A stretch of 64,000 bases of DNA from an uncultured Bacteroidales bacterium (GTDB taxonomy: Bacteria; Bacteroidota; Bacteroidia; Bacteroidales; VadinHA17): assembly GCA_963733455.1 (NCBI GenBank), contig CAVTDE010000008.1, forward strand, positions 70,291 to 134,290. The letters run 5' to 3'. Of this stretch, positions 8,864-19,142 are shown piece after piece. The first letter of the stretch is position 1; every line of letters starts with the position of its first letter. Position numbers and translations under genes: made by a program. The notes under the pieces are model-generated. The model searched no databases. It was not told the DNA's origin and saw only the letters and a program-made list of their open reading frames with translations.

Positions 8864-10603
8864 ATGGAAATAAGAACTATAAGCCCTGCTGAAGCAGATA
8901 TCTGTGATCTTGAGTTCTCAGACTTGATCAATGTCCAGGACATTCAGTGCATGATGGACAATTTCTACAGATTTGCCAAAATTCCGATGTCTATAATTGA
9001 CCTTAAGGGTAAAGTTCTCGTAAGCGTTGGTTTTCAGGAAATCTGCACAAGGTTCCACAGGATACATCCGGAAACATTTCGAAATTGCCTTGAAAGCGAT
9101 CTGAAGCTTACTACCGGCATCCCCGGAGGTGAGTTCAGGCTTTATAAATGCAGGAATGGAATGTGGGATATGGCAACACCCATTGTTATCGGCAACCTGC
9201 ATATTGCAAATCTCTTTATGGGACAGTTTTTTTTCAATGACGAATCGATTGATTATGATAACTTTCAATCCCAGGCCTCCAGATACAACTTTGATGAGGA
9301 AGCCTACTTTAAAGCTCTCGGGAAAGTGCCGCATCTCGACAGGAATGACATTGAATGTGCAAAGGTTTTTTTTCTAAAGCTTGCTGATTCAGTTTCACAG
9401 CTAAGCTACAGCAATTGCAGACTGGCAAAGCTGGTTGAGCAAACCAGTCTGCTGACAGAATCCCTGCGTCAGGATATAACAGGCCGCAAAAAAGCGGAGA
9501 AAGAATTAAAAGAATCAAAGGCAAAGCTCAACATTGCTCTTGAAATTGGAAATATCGGCGTATGGGAATGGAATTTTTCCACCGATGAGCTTTTTCTGGA
9601 TGAACGGGTTGAGAATATATTCGGACTTGAACCCGGGTCATTTGAGGGAGGTTATAATGATTTTGAAAATTTATTTAACGAAGATGACATCCCGCTTTTC
9701 AGGAAGAGGGTTGCTAAAGCTCTGGATGAAGATCTTCCATTTGAAGCCGTATTCCGCGTCAGGACACTGATAAATGGAGATAAATATATTAATGCCAGAG
9801 CACTTGTTGAAAAGGATGATTCGGGAGGTTTCGTAAAAATGACAGGTGTGTTTTTTGATATAACGGAAATGAAGAGGGGCGCTGAAAAGGTCCTTTTCAA
9901 GCTTAATGAAGAACTGCTGCGGTCAAATAAAGCGCTTGAACAATTTGCTTATGTAGCCTCACATGATCTTCAGGAACCCCTCCGCATGGTTTCATGCTAT
10001 ACCGATAAGCTCCTGTTTAAACACAAGGATCTGTTGGATAACAATTCGCTTGAGTATATTAAGTTCATTACTGAAGGAATTGAGAGGATGCGTGATATGA
10101 CAAATGGTCTGCTTGCTTATTCCCGGATTCAGACTAGAGGGAAGGAGCTCAGGGAAGTCGATATGAATTTCGTAGTTGAGCAGGTTAAGAAAGTTCTTTC
10201 TCCCGTAATCCAGCACAAAAATGCTGCCATAACGTACGAAACTTTGCCAGTGTTTGTTGCAGATGAGAATGAGATGATCCGGCTTATTCAAAACCTTGTG
10301 GCAAACGCTATAAAATTCAGTAAAGGACCTCCTGAAATCCATATCTCATCAAAATCGCAGCTTTATCAGAATACCATATCAGTTTCCGATAATGGTATTG
10401 GCATTGATAAGGAAAATTTCGAAAGGATCTTTCAGATATTCCAGAGGCTCAATCCAAGGGATGAATATGAAGGGACAGGTATCGGACTTGCAATCTGCAG
10501 AACGATTGTTGAACGCCATGGAGGGAAGATCTGGGTAGAATCCCAGCCTGACAAAGGTTCCACGTTCTCTTTTTCGATACCCTGTAGAACGGATAAAATT
10601 TAA
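8864..10603 (+). CDS. PocR-PAS sensor histidine kinase
   Basis: N-terminal PocR-like sensory block (MMDNFYRFAKIPMSIIDLKGKVLVSVGFQEICTRFHR). A coiled-coil and PAS segment follow, then HisKA (FAYVASHDLQEPLR) and HATPase_c (DNGIGI...GTGIGLAICR). There is no adjacent response regulator. Confidence 0.85.
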   Translation: MEIRTISPAEADICDLEFSDLINVQDIQCMMDNFYRFAKIPMSIIDLKGKVLVSVGFQEICTRFHRIHPETFRNCLESDLKLTTGIPGGEFRLYKCRNGMWDMATPIVIGNLHIANLFMGQFFFNDESIDYDNFQSQASRYNFDEEAYFKALGKVPHLDRNDIECAKVFFLKLADSVSQLSYSNCRLAKLVEQTSLLTESLRQDITGRKKAEKELKESKAKLNIALEIGNIGVWEWNFSTDELFLDERVENIFGLEPGSFEGGYNDFENLFNEDDIPLFRKRVAKALDEDLPFEAVFRVRTLINGDKYINARALVEKDDSGGFVKMTGVFFDITEMKRGAEKVLFKLNEELLRSNKALEQFAYVASHDLQEPLRMVSCYTDKLLFKHKDLLDNNSLEYIKFITEGIERMRDMTNGLLAYSRIQTRGKELREVDMNFVVEQVKKVLSPVIQHKNAAITYETLPVFVADENEMIRLIQNLVANAIKFSKGPPEIHISSKSQLYQNTISVSDNGIGIDKENFERIFQIFQRLNPRDEYEGTGIGLAICRTIVERHGGKIWVESQPDKGSTFSFSIPCRTDKI

Positions 10604-10629
10604 AACCCTCCCTTTTTAGGGGGAGGGTT
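10604..10629. terminator. Bidirectional terminator-like hairpin between convergent genes
   Basis: AAAACCCTCCC-TTTTTAGG-GGGAGGGTT lies immediately after the kinase stop (10603) and before the convergent gene stop (10659). Confidence 0.5.
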
Positions 10630-10644
10630 CCGATAGCTATCGGA
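10629..10644. repeat. Solitary palindrome TCCGATAGCTATCGGA, same core as the family-A repeat hairpin
   Basis: CCGATAGCTATCGG also occurs inside copies A1, A2 and A3, there as GCCGATAGCTATCGGC. Confidence 0.7.
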
Positions 10645-10658
10645 ATGGGGAGAGGTTT

Positions 10659-11210
10659 CTATTTGTTTACTAACTCATTCCCGTTCATGGAGTAGTAAAC
10701 CTTCTTCTTCTGGTTTCCCTTTACAAGTGTCACAACGAAATGCTCAGCAACTTTCTTCTGGCTACTTTTGACTATTTCAGTATCCCCGCCCACTTTCCAG
10801 TCTTTATATGCCGATTTGGATATTGCATTCAGAATCGGTTCAGGGAGTGCCATGTTTTTATCTTTTAGCCTGTACTTGATAAGTTCTCCATTGGGTTCGA
10901 AGACAGCATAAGCATCTCCGCCATTACTTGTTTTCAGGTAGATTTCATAATGGTCGATGGGTTCGTTATAATCCTTATTTACTTCCCATCCATAATCTTT
11001 TAATTCATATGGAAAGACGCCCCATTTAATCTGGGTATTTCCTTTAAACAGCTCATCTGCTGCTTTGAGAACGGCAGGAGGAATATTCCCCTTCTTAAGA
11101 ATAAGCATTTCTGTTGGCATATTCTCTGATTCACCCTGATCTTGTGCCTGTGCAAGAAGCGGGAAACCTGATACCAAAGATGCAAGCAATAAAAACAACA
11201 ACTTTTTCAT
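10659..11210 (-). CDS. Secreted hypothetical protein (possibly a PepSY-like / DUF2874-type fold)
   Basis: 183 aa with a signal peptide (MKKLLFLLLASLVSGFPLLAQA). Two similar halves each begin with a helix (IPPAVLKAADELFKG / LPEPILNAISKSAYKD) followed by beta segments. The family call is tentative. Confidence 0.55.
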   Translation of the reverse strand: MKKLLFLLLASLVSGFPLLAQAQDQGESENMPTEMLILKKGNIPPAVLKAADELFKGNTQIKWGVFPYELKDYGWEVNKDYNEPIDHYEIYLKTSNGGDAYAVFEPNGELIKYRLKDKNMALPEPILNAISKSAYKDWKVGGDTEIVKSSQKKVAEHFVVTLVKGNQKKKVYYSMNGNELVNK

Positions 11211-11331
11211 AATCGCATTAATTTAATTCGTTAAAAAAGAAAGAAAAAAATATACCGGATACAAATCTATTCCCTGATTTGGGAACCTTGATTAAAACTA
11301 AATTAAAGATGGGTTAAGGAATCATTAAGAA

Positions 11332-12747
11332 TCAGAAAACTTCTTTTTGTTCCATGACTTTGACAATCAACTCTGAGTTGCTCTTGTAATGATGATCACC
11401 GGGAATCTTTACAATTTCTACAGGAGTATTTTTAAGCAGCTGGGGGACCTGGGTTTTTTCGCTTTCACCAAGAATTATCAGCTGATGAGTCTCCGGCAAC
11501 CCCGATATCTCTGAAATTACGTTGTAAACGTTCTGTTTGTTACCCAAACCAAGCATATTAGTGACATGAACCTGGAAATCAGTACTTGATTCCGGAGAAA
11601 GCATAACGACTGAAATGACCTTTGATTTCAACTCTTCCGGAAGTCTACTTAGCACAAATGGTGCAATTTCGGCTCCCTGCGAATAACCAATAAGCATAAA
11701 TCTCGAGTCGTTCCATTCTTTTCCGTAATAGGTCAGGAGATCGGCCATGTCTGATGCTGTTTGTTCAGGTGTCTTCCTGTTCCAGAAGTATTTTCTTGTA
11801 TCTATTCCCAGGACTGAAATTCCAAGGTTTGCAAGCCGATTGGAAATTGCCTGTTCGAAGCTATACCATCCGCCATCGCCTGAAAAAAGAATTGCTATGA
11901 GGTTTTTATCGATCGTAGCTCTCTCTCTCGTAACTATACACGGGATATTATCAATATCCGGCATTTTATTCGCGAGTGTCTGATCGTCACTGAATTTCTT
12001 TATAAGTCCGGTATAAGCAGTTTTCCATTGGGGCATGAAATCTGACCATTTTGAAAATCCATGACCAACGCCCGGCAGAGCGACAAGCTGTGCACCGGAA
12101 GTCTTCGCAACAAAATCGTAAACAGTCTGAAAATTGCAGACCTTATCCACCTTACCATGGAGAACAACCCAGGGATTTCCAAGTCTCGAATCGGGCAAAA
12201 ACATGAAGCTCTTGCCCTTCACAATCTCTTTTGTTGCAAGACCATTGACCTGACACAATATTTCCGGCAATTCAATATCAGGACAGAATCCAAGTGAGAT
12301 CCCGCCAATAAAAGTACCCGGACGTGCCTGAGCAAGGATCCCGTAAACAAGGGTAGCTCCGCTGGAATAGCCCATTATAACAGGGGGCACATATCCTTTA
12401 AAATTAAATTTCCGCTCTATTGCTGTTGCGAGTTCAACGAAATCGGAAGAAATTGTATAACAATCAGTACTCTGTTGCCTCAGATATCTGTAGTACTTTA
12501 AAATATCAACACCTGCAACAACAGAATTCATCCTGCAAAATTCTTTCGAAAAATCAGTTACCCCGTATTTCCATCCACCATCACCCGAAATCATGATTAT
12601 TACATTGTCAGGTGTATTATTGGCGACAGAGTAAACGTAAACTCTGCCAAACGGTGAAACTGTAGCAGAATCAACAACAACCTGCTGTCCTGCAATCCTT
12701 GGAAGCCAAAATCCTATAACCCAGAAAAAGAGAAAAACCTTTTTCAT
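11332..12747 (-). CDS. AcvB/VirJ-family alpha/beta hydrolase (lysyl-phosphatidylglycerol hydrolase family)
   Basis: 471 aa with a signal peptide. The C-terminal half LFSGDGGWYSFEQAISNRLANLGISVLGIDTRKYFWNRKTPEQTASDM...LIGYSQGAEIAPFVLSRLP closely follows the VirJ signature. The N-terminal half carries a second GDGGW...GYSSGA unit. Confidence 0.75.
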   Translation of the reverse strand: MKKVFLFFWVIGFWLPRIAGQQVVVDSATVSPFGRVYVYSVANNTPDNVIIMISGDGGWKYGVTDFSKEFCRMNSVVAGVDILKYYRYLRQQSTDCYTISSDFVELATAIERKFNFKGYVPPVIMGYSSGATLVYGILAQARPGTFIGGISLGFCPDIELPEILCQVNGLATKEIVKGKSFMFLPDSRLGNPWVVLHGKVDKVCNFQTVYDFVAKTSGAQLVALPGVGHGFSKWSDFMPQWKTAYTGLIKKFSDDQTLANKMPDIDNIPCIVTRERATIDKNLIAILFSGDGGWYSFEQAISNRLANLGISVLGIDTRKYFWNRKTPEQTASDMADLLTYYGKEWNDSRFMLIGYSQGAEIAPFVLSRLPEELKSKVISVVMLSPESSTDFQVHVTNMLGLGNKQNVYNVISEISGLPETHQLIILGESEKTQVPQLLKNTPVEIVKIPGDHHYKSNSELIVKVMEQKEVF

Positions 12748-12899
12748 TTGTAAACTTTTATATCAAACCTTCTCAAAAATTATCATGTTATTTCCTACAT
12801 ATCTTATACAATTAAATTAAAACAAAGTTCATCATTTACATATTTATTATCTTACATTCGTTTTTCAATGCCATAGATGTAACCTAAATAACTCAAAAT

Positions 12900-13502
12900 A
12901 TGCCTGACAACTGGTTTAATCTCAACAATCCTGATTTTTTTGGTATACTTATCAGGTTTATTATAAACCTTGCGTTCCTCGTCATTCTCATCCGATTTAT
13001 CTATTTCAGGTATTCGAAGAAGGAGAAGTTCCTGTTTACATTTTTCCTTATGGGAATCACTGTTTTCTTCATAAGTTCAATGCTGAAATCAGTTTTCATT
13101 GAATTTGGCATGGCAGTTGGATTGTTTGCCATTTTTGCCATCTTAAGGTTCAGAACAAGGAATTTCAGCCTGAAGGATATGTCGTATATGTTCACGGCAA
13201 TCGGTATTTCACTTATTAATTCTTTGAAGCTTGTAGGTTTTCCGGTTCTCGGAGTTATTATCTTCGACGGCCTGATAGTTGTTTCAGCAATCGTCCTTGA
13301 GGAGTTCTCGCTTAAGCACAATACCACAACGCATTCGATCATTTATGAAGACCTCGAACTCCTGAAATCGGCAAAAAAACAGAAGATCCTGAAAGAGATT
13401 TCAATACTTACAGGAAAAGAAATTCTGAGAGTCAAGATCCGTAAGATCGATTACAGGAATAATGTCGCTTACCTCGACATATCCTACAGTGATCAGAGGT
13501 AG
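12900..13502 (+). CDS. DUF4956-family membrane protein
   Basis: 200 aa with 4-5 TM segments. Core block GLFAIFAILRFRTRNFSLKDMSYMFTAIGISLINSL is typical of DUF4956. Confidence 0.7.
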   Translation: MPDNWFNLNNPDFFGILIRFIINLAFLVILIRFIYFRYSKKEKFLFTFFLMGITVFFISSMLKSVFIEFGMAVGLFAIFAILRFRTRNFSLKDMSYMFTAIGISLINSLKLVGFPVLGVIIFDGLIVVSAIVLEEFSLKHNTTTHSIIYEDLELLKSAKKQKILKEISILTGKEILRVKIRKIDYRNNVAYLDISYSDQR

Positions 13503-13540
13503 GTCGCCTGGCCGGGGACAGAATACCGTCGGTTACGTTA

Positions 13541-14350
13541 TCATAACTGAACCAAATACCCGACTGTTACGGTTCCTGCACCTGTATGGTTTGTTCCGTT
13601 TGCATCATTCTTTTGAATGGGTATGAAACCGTAGTTCCCCCCTCCTTCAAGAAATAACTTACCCCGGCCAAACTTTACCCCGAAGCCTATTGCACCCTGA
13701 CCACCAACATTAAATTTTTGGATATCGCCTGTAATATCCTCATTATGATCGAAAGACTGGCTGCCTATTGGAGGCAACTGAGCCAGTTGAAGAATTGCAT
13801 CGACCGACAGGATAGCCTCCTTATCGATATAAATGCCGCTTGAACCACTTGTTACATTTTTGGCATTAAGCAGTATACCCATATATGGACCAGCCTGCAT
13901 GTAAAAATCAATTCCCTGCGCTATATTGAATGAAAACTTAGCCATAACCGGAATCTCCAGATAATTCAGGATAGCGTCGCTTTTTATATTAGCATACATA
14001 TAATTGTCGGGTGTTATACCAATCGAAGGCAGCAATTGCCACAATAACCCCATTTCCGGTGAAAGTGGAAGAGCCTGCATACCATCCCTTTTACCACCCT
14101 GAACAGAATAATTTACTTCAGCCCTTAACCCGAACAGGGTGTTGGTTTGATATTCAGCAACCAGTCCTGTGTAAAATCCTAATCTTGAGGCATAACCTTC
14201 ACTCAGGGGAGTCGACTTTGCACCGGATGTTAAATTGGGTATCCCGAAACCAGTTTTTACTCCTGCATAAAATTTGGCCGACTGAGAATAAGTGGACAAC
14301 ACACCACAAAAAATAAATAACAGAATGAATCCGTTTTTCATCTTTTTCAT
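13541..14350 (-). CDS. Outer-membrane beta-barrel (porin-family) protein
   Basis: 269 aa with a signal peptide and alternating hydrophobic beta-strand pattern. C-terminal GTVTVGYLVQL has an aromatic/aliphatic terminus. Confidence 0.7.
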   Translation of the reverse strand: MKKMKNGFILLFIFCGVLSTYSQSAKFYAGVKTGFGIPNLTSGAKSTPLSEGYASRLGFYTGLVAEYQTNTLFGLRAEVNYSVQGGKRDGMQALPLSPEMGLLWQLLPSIGITPDNYMYANIKSDAILNYLEIPVMAKFSFNIAQGIDFYMQAGPYMGILLNAKNVTSGSSGIYIDKEAILSVDAILQLAQLPPIGSQSFDHNEDITGDIQKFNVGGQGAIGFGVKFGRGKLFLEGGGNYGFIPIQKNDANGTNHTGAGTVTVGYLVQL

Positions 14351-14739
14351 TTTTCCAGGTTTAAGTTAGTTTATAAAAAAACACTGATTGAATCAATATG
14401 AGTCTGTTATATCGGAACTTTTGATTGTGATTTAATCAATTTTAACAAAATCTTATGCTAAGTTGAGTAAAAAAAAAGAAAATAACACCAATGTTTTGAT
14501 AATATTAACATTGAGGATAAAACAATTTGAGATTTATTAAGTTCATGTAAAAGGGACCTGAATTTTAGAGGATCAAATAATCAGAGGCTTTACGGGTGCA
14601 GGAGGGGTCGGGCTTTTGGCCTGCAGTAATATATTATGATTACAATGCATATAATAAAGGGGAGGAAGGTGAGTTACATTATGTTTAAATTCTTATATTT
14701 AACTGTCAAAATATTCGTTTTTAGAAACAGTGTTACGTT

Positions 14740-15684
14740 ATGAGCAAGAAATTCGGCAAACTCGAAAAAGTCGACCTTCATGAACTATGGAACGGGGGAG
14801 CCACAGATTTTACTCCCTGGTTGTCACAGGAAGAGAACTTAGCTGAACTGGGAAATGTATTGGGGATGGAACTTGAGATTCAGGAACAGGAACAAAAACC
14901 CGGAACTTTCCATCCGGATATCCTGTGCAAGGATGTCCTGACTGATCACTTTGTCCTGATAGAAAATCAGATGGAGAAAACAGATCATGCACATCTCGGG
15001 CAATTAATGACCTGCGCTGCAGGCCGCGAAAGCGCTACAATTGTATGGGTAGCCGGTGCCTTTGCTGAAGAGCACTGGGCAGCTCTTGCCTGGCTCAATA
15101 ACATAACTGATGAATCGATAAATTTCTATGGTGTTGAACTTGATGCCTTTAAAATCGGAGACAGTTTACCGGCAACAGTTTTTAATATTGTCGTTAAACC
15201 TGATGGCAGGGCCAGACAGGTAAAAAAGGCAACCTCCGACCAGAAAGCTACAGACGTGAAACGGCTTCAACAGGAATACTGGCAGGGACTTAAAGACTAT
15301 TTGGAAGGCAACAACAGTTTTGTGAAACTGCCTAATCCTCCTCTTAACAATCTGGTCAATATTCCGCTCGGCAGAAGCAAATATTTTCTCTCAGTAGCCC
15401 TGAACCAGAAAGATATAAGTTTGAATGTCTGGCTTGTCATCATCGGAGAAAAAGCAAAGAAAGATTTCGACAGGCTGTATGAAGTTGCATACAAGGACTC
15501 GCTTATCGAGGTAAATCAAAACCTTATCTGGGACAGGATGGAAGCAGACATCAGGAGCGGTGTAACTTTAAAGACTTACGCTGACTACACTGAGAAGAAT
15601 GACTGGCCAAACCAGTTTGCATGGTTCAAGGAGAATCTTGAAAAGTTTGATAGGTACTTCAGGGCAAGGGTTAAGGATTTATAA
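14740..15684 (+). CDS. DUF4268-type protein with an N-terminal PD-(D/E)XK nuclease-like core
   Basis: Block HPDILCKDVLTDHFVLIENQMEKTDHAHLGQLMTCAAGRESATIVWVA matches the D...ExQ/K nuclease-like core seen in DUF4268 family proteins. The last 14 nt overlap the convergent gene. Confidence 0.6.
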   Translation: MSKKFGKLEKVDLHELWNGGATDFTPWLSQEENLAELGNVLGMELEIQEQEQKPGTFHPDILCKDVLTDHFVLIENQMEKTDHAHLGQLMTCAAGRESATIVWVAGAFAEEHWAALAWLNNITDESINFYGVELDAFKIGDSLPATVFNIVVKPDGRARQVKKATSDQKATDVKRLQQEYWQGLKDYLEGNNSFVKLPNPPLNNLVNIPLGRSKYFLSVALNQKDISLNVWLVIIGEKAKKDFDRLYEVAYKDSLIEVNQNLIWDRMEADIRSGVTLKTYADYTEKNDWPNQFAWFKENLEKFDRYFRARVKDL

Positions 15685-18600
15685 TCCAGAGGTCAGTCAC
15701 AGTCTGATCTGATTGCACAATCTCATTTATTATTCTGAAATAAGGATCTGTACCCTCAGGGATCCAGGGTTGATCCTTTCCTTCTTTTACTTCCACAGTA
15801 TATGCGTGGGACTGACCAACGGACTTTTTCGTAACTTTCTCTGAAACAAGTTCAGCCCATTCTGCAATTCTTTTGCTTTTACAAAGGTCAAGCCATCTGT
15901 TAAAATATGTAGTTGCCTCTTCCTTTCTGCCAAGGTTGTTGAGTGCTAAAAATGAGAGGAACTCCAGTGAGCTTCCATCCTCAGGTTTTCCTTCATTATA
16001 ATTTGCTACCTTGATCAGCAGATCATAGGATTCTTTGTTCTGTCCGAGTTTTTTGAATATCAGTGAGCTTATATAGTTTTCTGCCCTCTCATCTACTTTA
16101 AAAGGTTTCCCTACACCAAGGTTTTCCGGCCACCTGTAGCCATTTTTGGCATACAGCAAAGCTTTCCTGTAGTTCTTTAATGAGTAATATCTGAGGGCAT
16201 TCATCAGGCTGGCATTTTCCCATACCCTCCTTCCATCGGCAGCGCCTTCGTGAGGAAGGATCTCAGTATTCTCAAGAATCGCGATGCATTCATCATATTT
16301 TCCTGTATAGAGTAATGATACGGCGTGATCGAACCTGATGATGTATGTCTTAAAGATTTTAATCGCTTTCTGAGAAATCTCCAATGCCTTTCCGTACTGA
16401 TTTTTTGAAATATAATAATCATGGAGAATATTATAGGGTCGCCAGCTGTCAGCACCATAACCCAATGCTTTGATGTAATCAGCCTCTCCGTCTGAGCCGG
16501 TCTGATCCCTGTATCTCCCCCTGGCCAGATAAAAGCTGTAGCTGTCAGGCTGATCTCCGCATTCATCAAAGTATTCCTTTGCCAATTCCGGCCGCTGTCT
16601 GCTCCAGTAAAGGAGCGCGGAATAATATTTAACCTTCCAGCCCGGATTTCTGTCCCCGGCCCATTTCAAAACCTCTGCATACTCCTCCCTGTGAGGGAAA
16701 ACCAATCTGTCGCCGGCATTAAGAGCTCTCTGATAATAGAAATCACTTTTCACATTATCCCCTCTCCCGGAAGCAAGGAAGGCGGTTAAGAGATCGCCAA
16801 GCGGATTTTCGGGACAAAGCTCCATGACTTCAAATGCTTCATCTTTGAGCCCCGCGTCATAGTACCATAATGAAAGTTCAATATAGGTCTCAAAATTAAG
16901 TTCACCTGTAATATTTGAAGTGAATTCCTTTTTACTCCCGGGGCCTTTCCCGGTTAAGTATTTTTCGAAATATGCAAAATGACAAAGGGGATCAATACTC
17001 AGTAAATGCTCCAAAAGGCTGTTACAGGTTTTATGATCTCCCATAAGCCGGGCAACTGCGACAGCAGTCCTGTAGATATTCTTATCCATTCCGTTATAAA
17101 GCAGGGCTTCAGAAACGTATTCCCGGGCTTCAGCCAGTTTCTTCTCCCTTAAAGCTATCAATGCAAGCTGGTTGAGTGATATTGATCTGTATTGGGGTGT
17201 GCGAAGGGTAACTCCGAAGGCATCACTTGCTTTATTGTATTCATGTTTTTTTAAAAGGAGTACCCCGTATAGAAAATTGGCGTCAGGATCATATGTGTCA
17301 AAGCTGATGACTTTCAATAGCTTTTTTTCCGCATCGTCAAATTTCAACCGGCGGAAATCTATATCGGCAAGAGACGTCAGAGCAGGAAGAAATGATTGAT
17401 CAAGTTCAAGACACTTTGTGAAAAATCCTTCAGCTTCAGAATACAATCGCTGCCTCGACTTCTCGATGCCCCTGGTATACAGCCCGTAAACAGATCCCCA
17501 GTTAAAATCCTTAAGAGTTGTCAGCGGACGGTCGGAAAAACCGGTTTTATTTTCCTGCAGGTTAAAGAACATCTCACCGCCAGCCAATTTTATGATAGCG
17601 TTATCTGTTTTTAGTCCTACATTCTTTTCGAAAACCTGCTCCGGTTCCATTTTGATGGCAAACTCGTATAAAACTTTCCCCTCCTTGTCAGTTATCTGAA
17701 GAGTATCATTAATATAAGCCAGCGACTGAAACCTTAGAATGTAACCGTTAACATCCTTTACTGCATTCAGGATTCCTTCTTTTGAAATTGACGAAACACC
17801 CTTTACGTTGCTTAACGGGAACCAGTATTCAGTAAAATTCTCAATTGCACCAGGCTCGAAAAAGCGATGTTTAAAGGGGCTCATTGTACTTTCATCAGCT
17901 TCCTGGTTAAACAGTAAGCCTGTTTGCATTTCAATATACTGCGTATTCCCCCTGGCGGTATCAGTGAGAAGATCTTTCCATATCGCACCTGCCCTTGATA
18001 AATCCCAGATCCAAATCTTCTTCCCGGGCTTTTCAGGATAGCGTGTCAGATGTCCAAAACCATAGTCTGAATCATGATAATACCCGGCAAACCAGTCGGC
18101 GTATTCTCCAAGGATGTGGTAACTGTGCGATGAATTGTAGTTGTTATTCCTGTAAAGTGAAATATCCCTGCCGTTGCTCATCAATGGCCAGGAGAAAGCA
18201 TTTCCGCTATGATCTATATAGGCGTTCCCCGGGAAATAAAACTGCAGGTCATTGCCGGCATCAGCTGCAGCGGTCTGCCAGTGATAGAGGGAGGTTCTCA
18301 TATTTGTGGGATTATTCCAGTAAGAATTAATTTCCATCCATGCCTTATCGCCCGGAAGACGCACTTCTACCCTCCATTCGGTACCTGACGGAAGATCGAT
18401 TGATCCGACAAAGCAGGAAGCACTTCCATCAGGATTATTACGGATTAAATAATCGACAGGAGTTGCTGTAGTCGGTGCATGCCCGAACCGTCCGAAGTTA
18501 AATTCAATACCTCCCGAAGTCCATGCGCCCCGCATTGCAATGTCCCTGAACTTGACCACATTGTTGTAGTAAATAAAGTATCTGTTGTTTTTCTTATCCA

Positions 18601-18874
18601 GTGCACCCCATACCTTACCTCCGATTTCAGGTGTCATCCAGACCTTTATCCATTTGTTTTCAAGCACAACCATCTTAATTTTTTTCCCGGTAGCTGTTGT
18701 TGAGTAACCGTCAAACCTGAAATACGGATAGATTTGACCGGGTTTTGCCACAGGATCCGGTTCGCTGAACGGATAAGTCGGGAAACTGATGTATTCTTCC
18801 CTTACAGAAGCATTCTGACAGTTTACTTCAATTATTACGATGCTTAAAAAAAGGAATGACAAAAGCTTTTTCAT
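15671..18874 (-). CDS. DUF5107-like N-terminal domain plus TPR-repeat protein, secreted
   Basis: 1067 aa with a signal peptide. A large beta-rich N-terminal region is followed by about 600 aa of TPR-like helical repeats. The DUF5107 call is from memory of this architecture. Confidence 0.55.
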   Translation of the reverse strand: MKKLLSFLFLSIVIIEVNCQNASVREEYISFPTYPFSEPDPVAKPGQIYPYFRFDGYSTTATGKKIKMVVLENKWIKVWMTPEIGGKVWGALDKKNNRYFIYYNNVVKFRDIAMRGAWTSGGIEFNFGRFGHAPTTATPVDYLIRNNPDGSASCFVGSIDLPSGTEWRVEVRLPGDKAWMEINSYWNNPTNMRTSLYHWQTAAADAGNDLQFYFPGNAYIDHSGNAFSWPLMSNGRDISLYRNNNYNSSHSYHILGEYADWFAGYYHDSDYGFGHLTRYPEKPGKKIWIWDLSRAGAIWKDLLTDTARGNTQYIEMQTGLLFNQEADESTMSPFKHRFFEPGAIENFTEYWFPLSNVKGVSSISKEGILNAVKDVNGYILRFQSLAYINDTLQITDKEGKVLYEFAIKMEPEQVFEKNVGLKTDNAIIKLAGGEMFFNLQENKTGFSDRPLTTLKDFNWGSVYGLYTRGIEKSRQRLYSEAEGFFTKCLELDQSFLPALTSLADIDFRRLKFDDAEKKLLKVISFDTYDPDANFLYGVLLLKKHEYNKASDAFGVTLRTPQYRSISLNQLALIALREKKLAEAREYVSEALLYNGMDKNIYRTAVAVARLMGDHKTCNSLLEHLLSIDPLCHFAYFEKYLTGKGPGSKKEFTSNITGELNFETYIELSLWYYDAGLKDEAFEVMELCPENPLGDLLTAFLASGRGDNVKSDFYYQRALNAGDRLVFPHREEYAEVLKWAGDRNPGWKVKYYSALLYWSRQRPELAKEYFDECGDQPDSYSFYLARGRYRDQTGSDGEADYIKALGYGADSWRPYNILHDYYISKNQYGKALEISQKAIKIFKTYIIRFDHAVSLLYTGKYDECIAILENTEILPHEGAADGRRVWENASLMNALRYYSLKNYRKALLYAKNGYRWPENLGVGKPFKVDERAENYISSLIFKKLGQNKESYDLLIKVANYNEGKPEDGSSLEFLSFLALNNLGRKEEATTYFNRWLDLCKSKRIAEWAELVSEKVTKKSVGQSHAYTVEVKEGKDQPWIPEGTDPYFRIINEIVQSDQTVTDLWIINP

Positions 18875-18910
18875 AGCAGTTTTTCTTAAAGATACGAAAA
18901 AGAAATACGT

Positions 18911-18964
18911 ATTAAAAGCAGTATTTCTTTCAAATAAAAGCAGTATTAAAAGCAGTATTTCTTT
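18911..18964. repeat. Direct repeats in a divergent promoter region
   Basis: ATTAAAAGCAGTATTTCTTT occurs at 18911-18930 and again at 18945-18964, both perfect 20-mers. A third copy of AAAAGCAGTATT sits between them. Small palindromes follow (AGGCCTTCAGGCCT, CCCCTCAAAGGGG). Confidence 0.75.
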
Positions 18965-19142
18965 TAAAGGCCTTCAGGCCTCTTCCCCTCAAAGGGGACT
19001 TATTGATTAACAAAAATTTATGGAACCACTTTCAGGAATAAGTAAAAAAAGAAATTTGAACCGGAACTAAAAAAACAGTAACTTTTATCCGTAATGCAAT
19101 TCCGGATATAGTGTTAACCTCATATTAAACAAAGCCAGTCTA

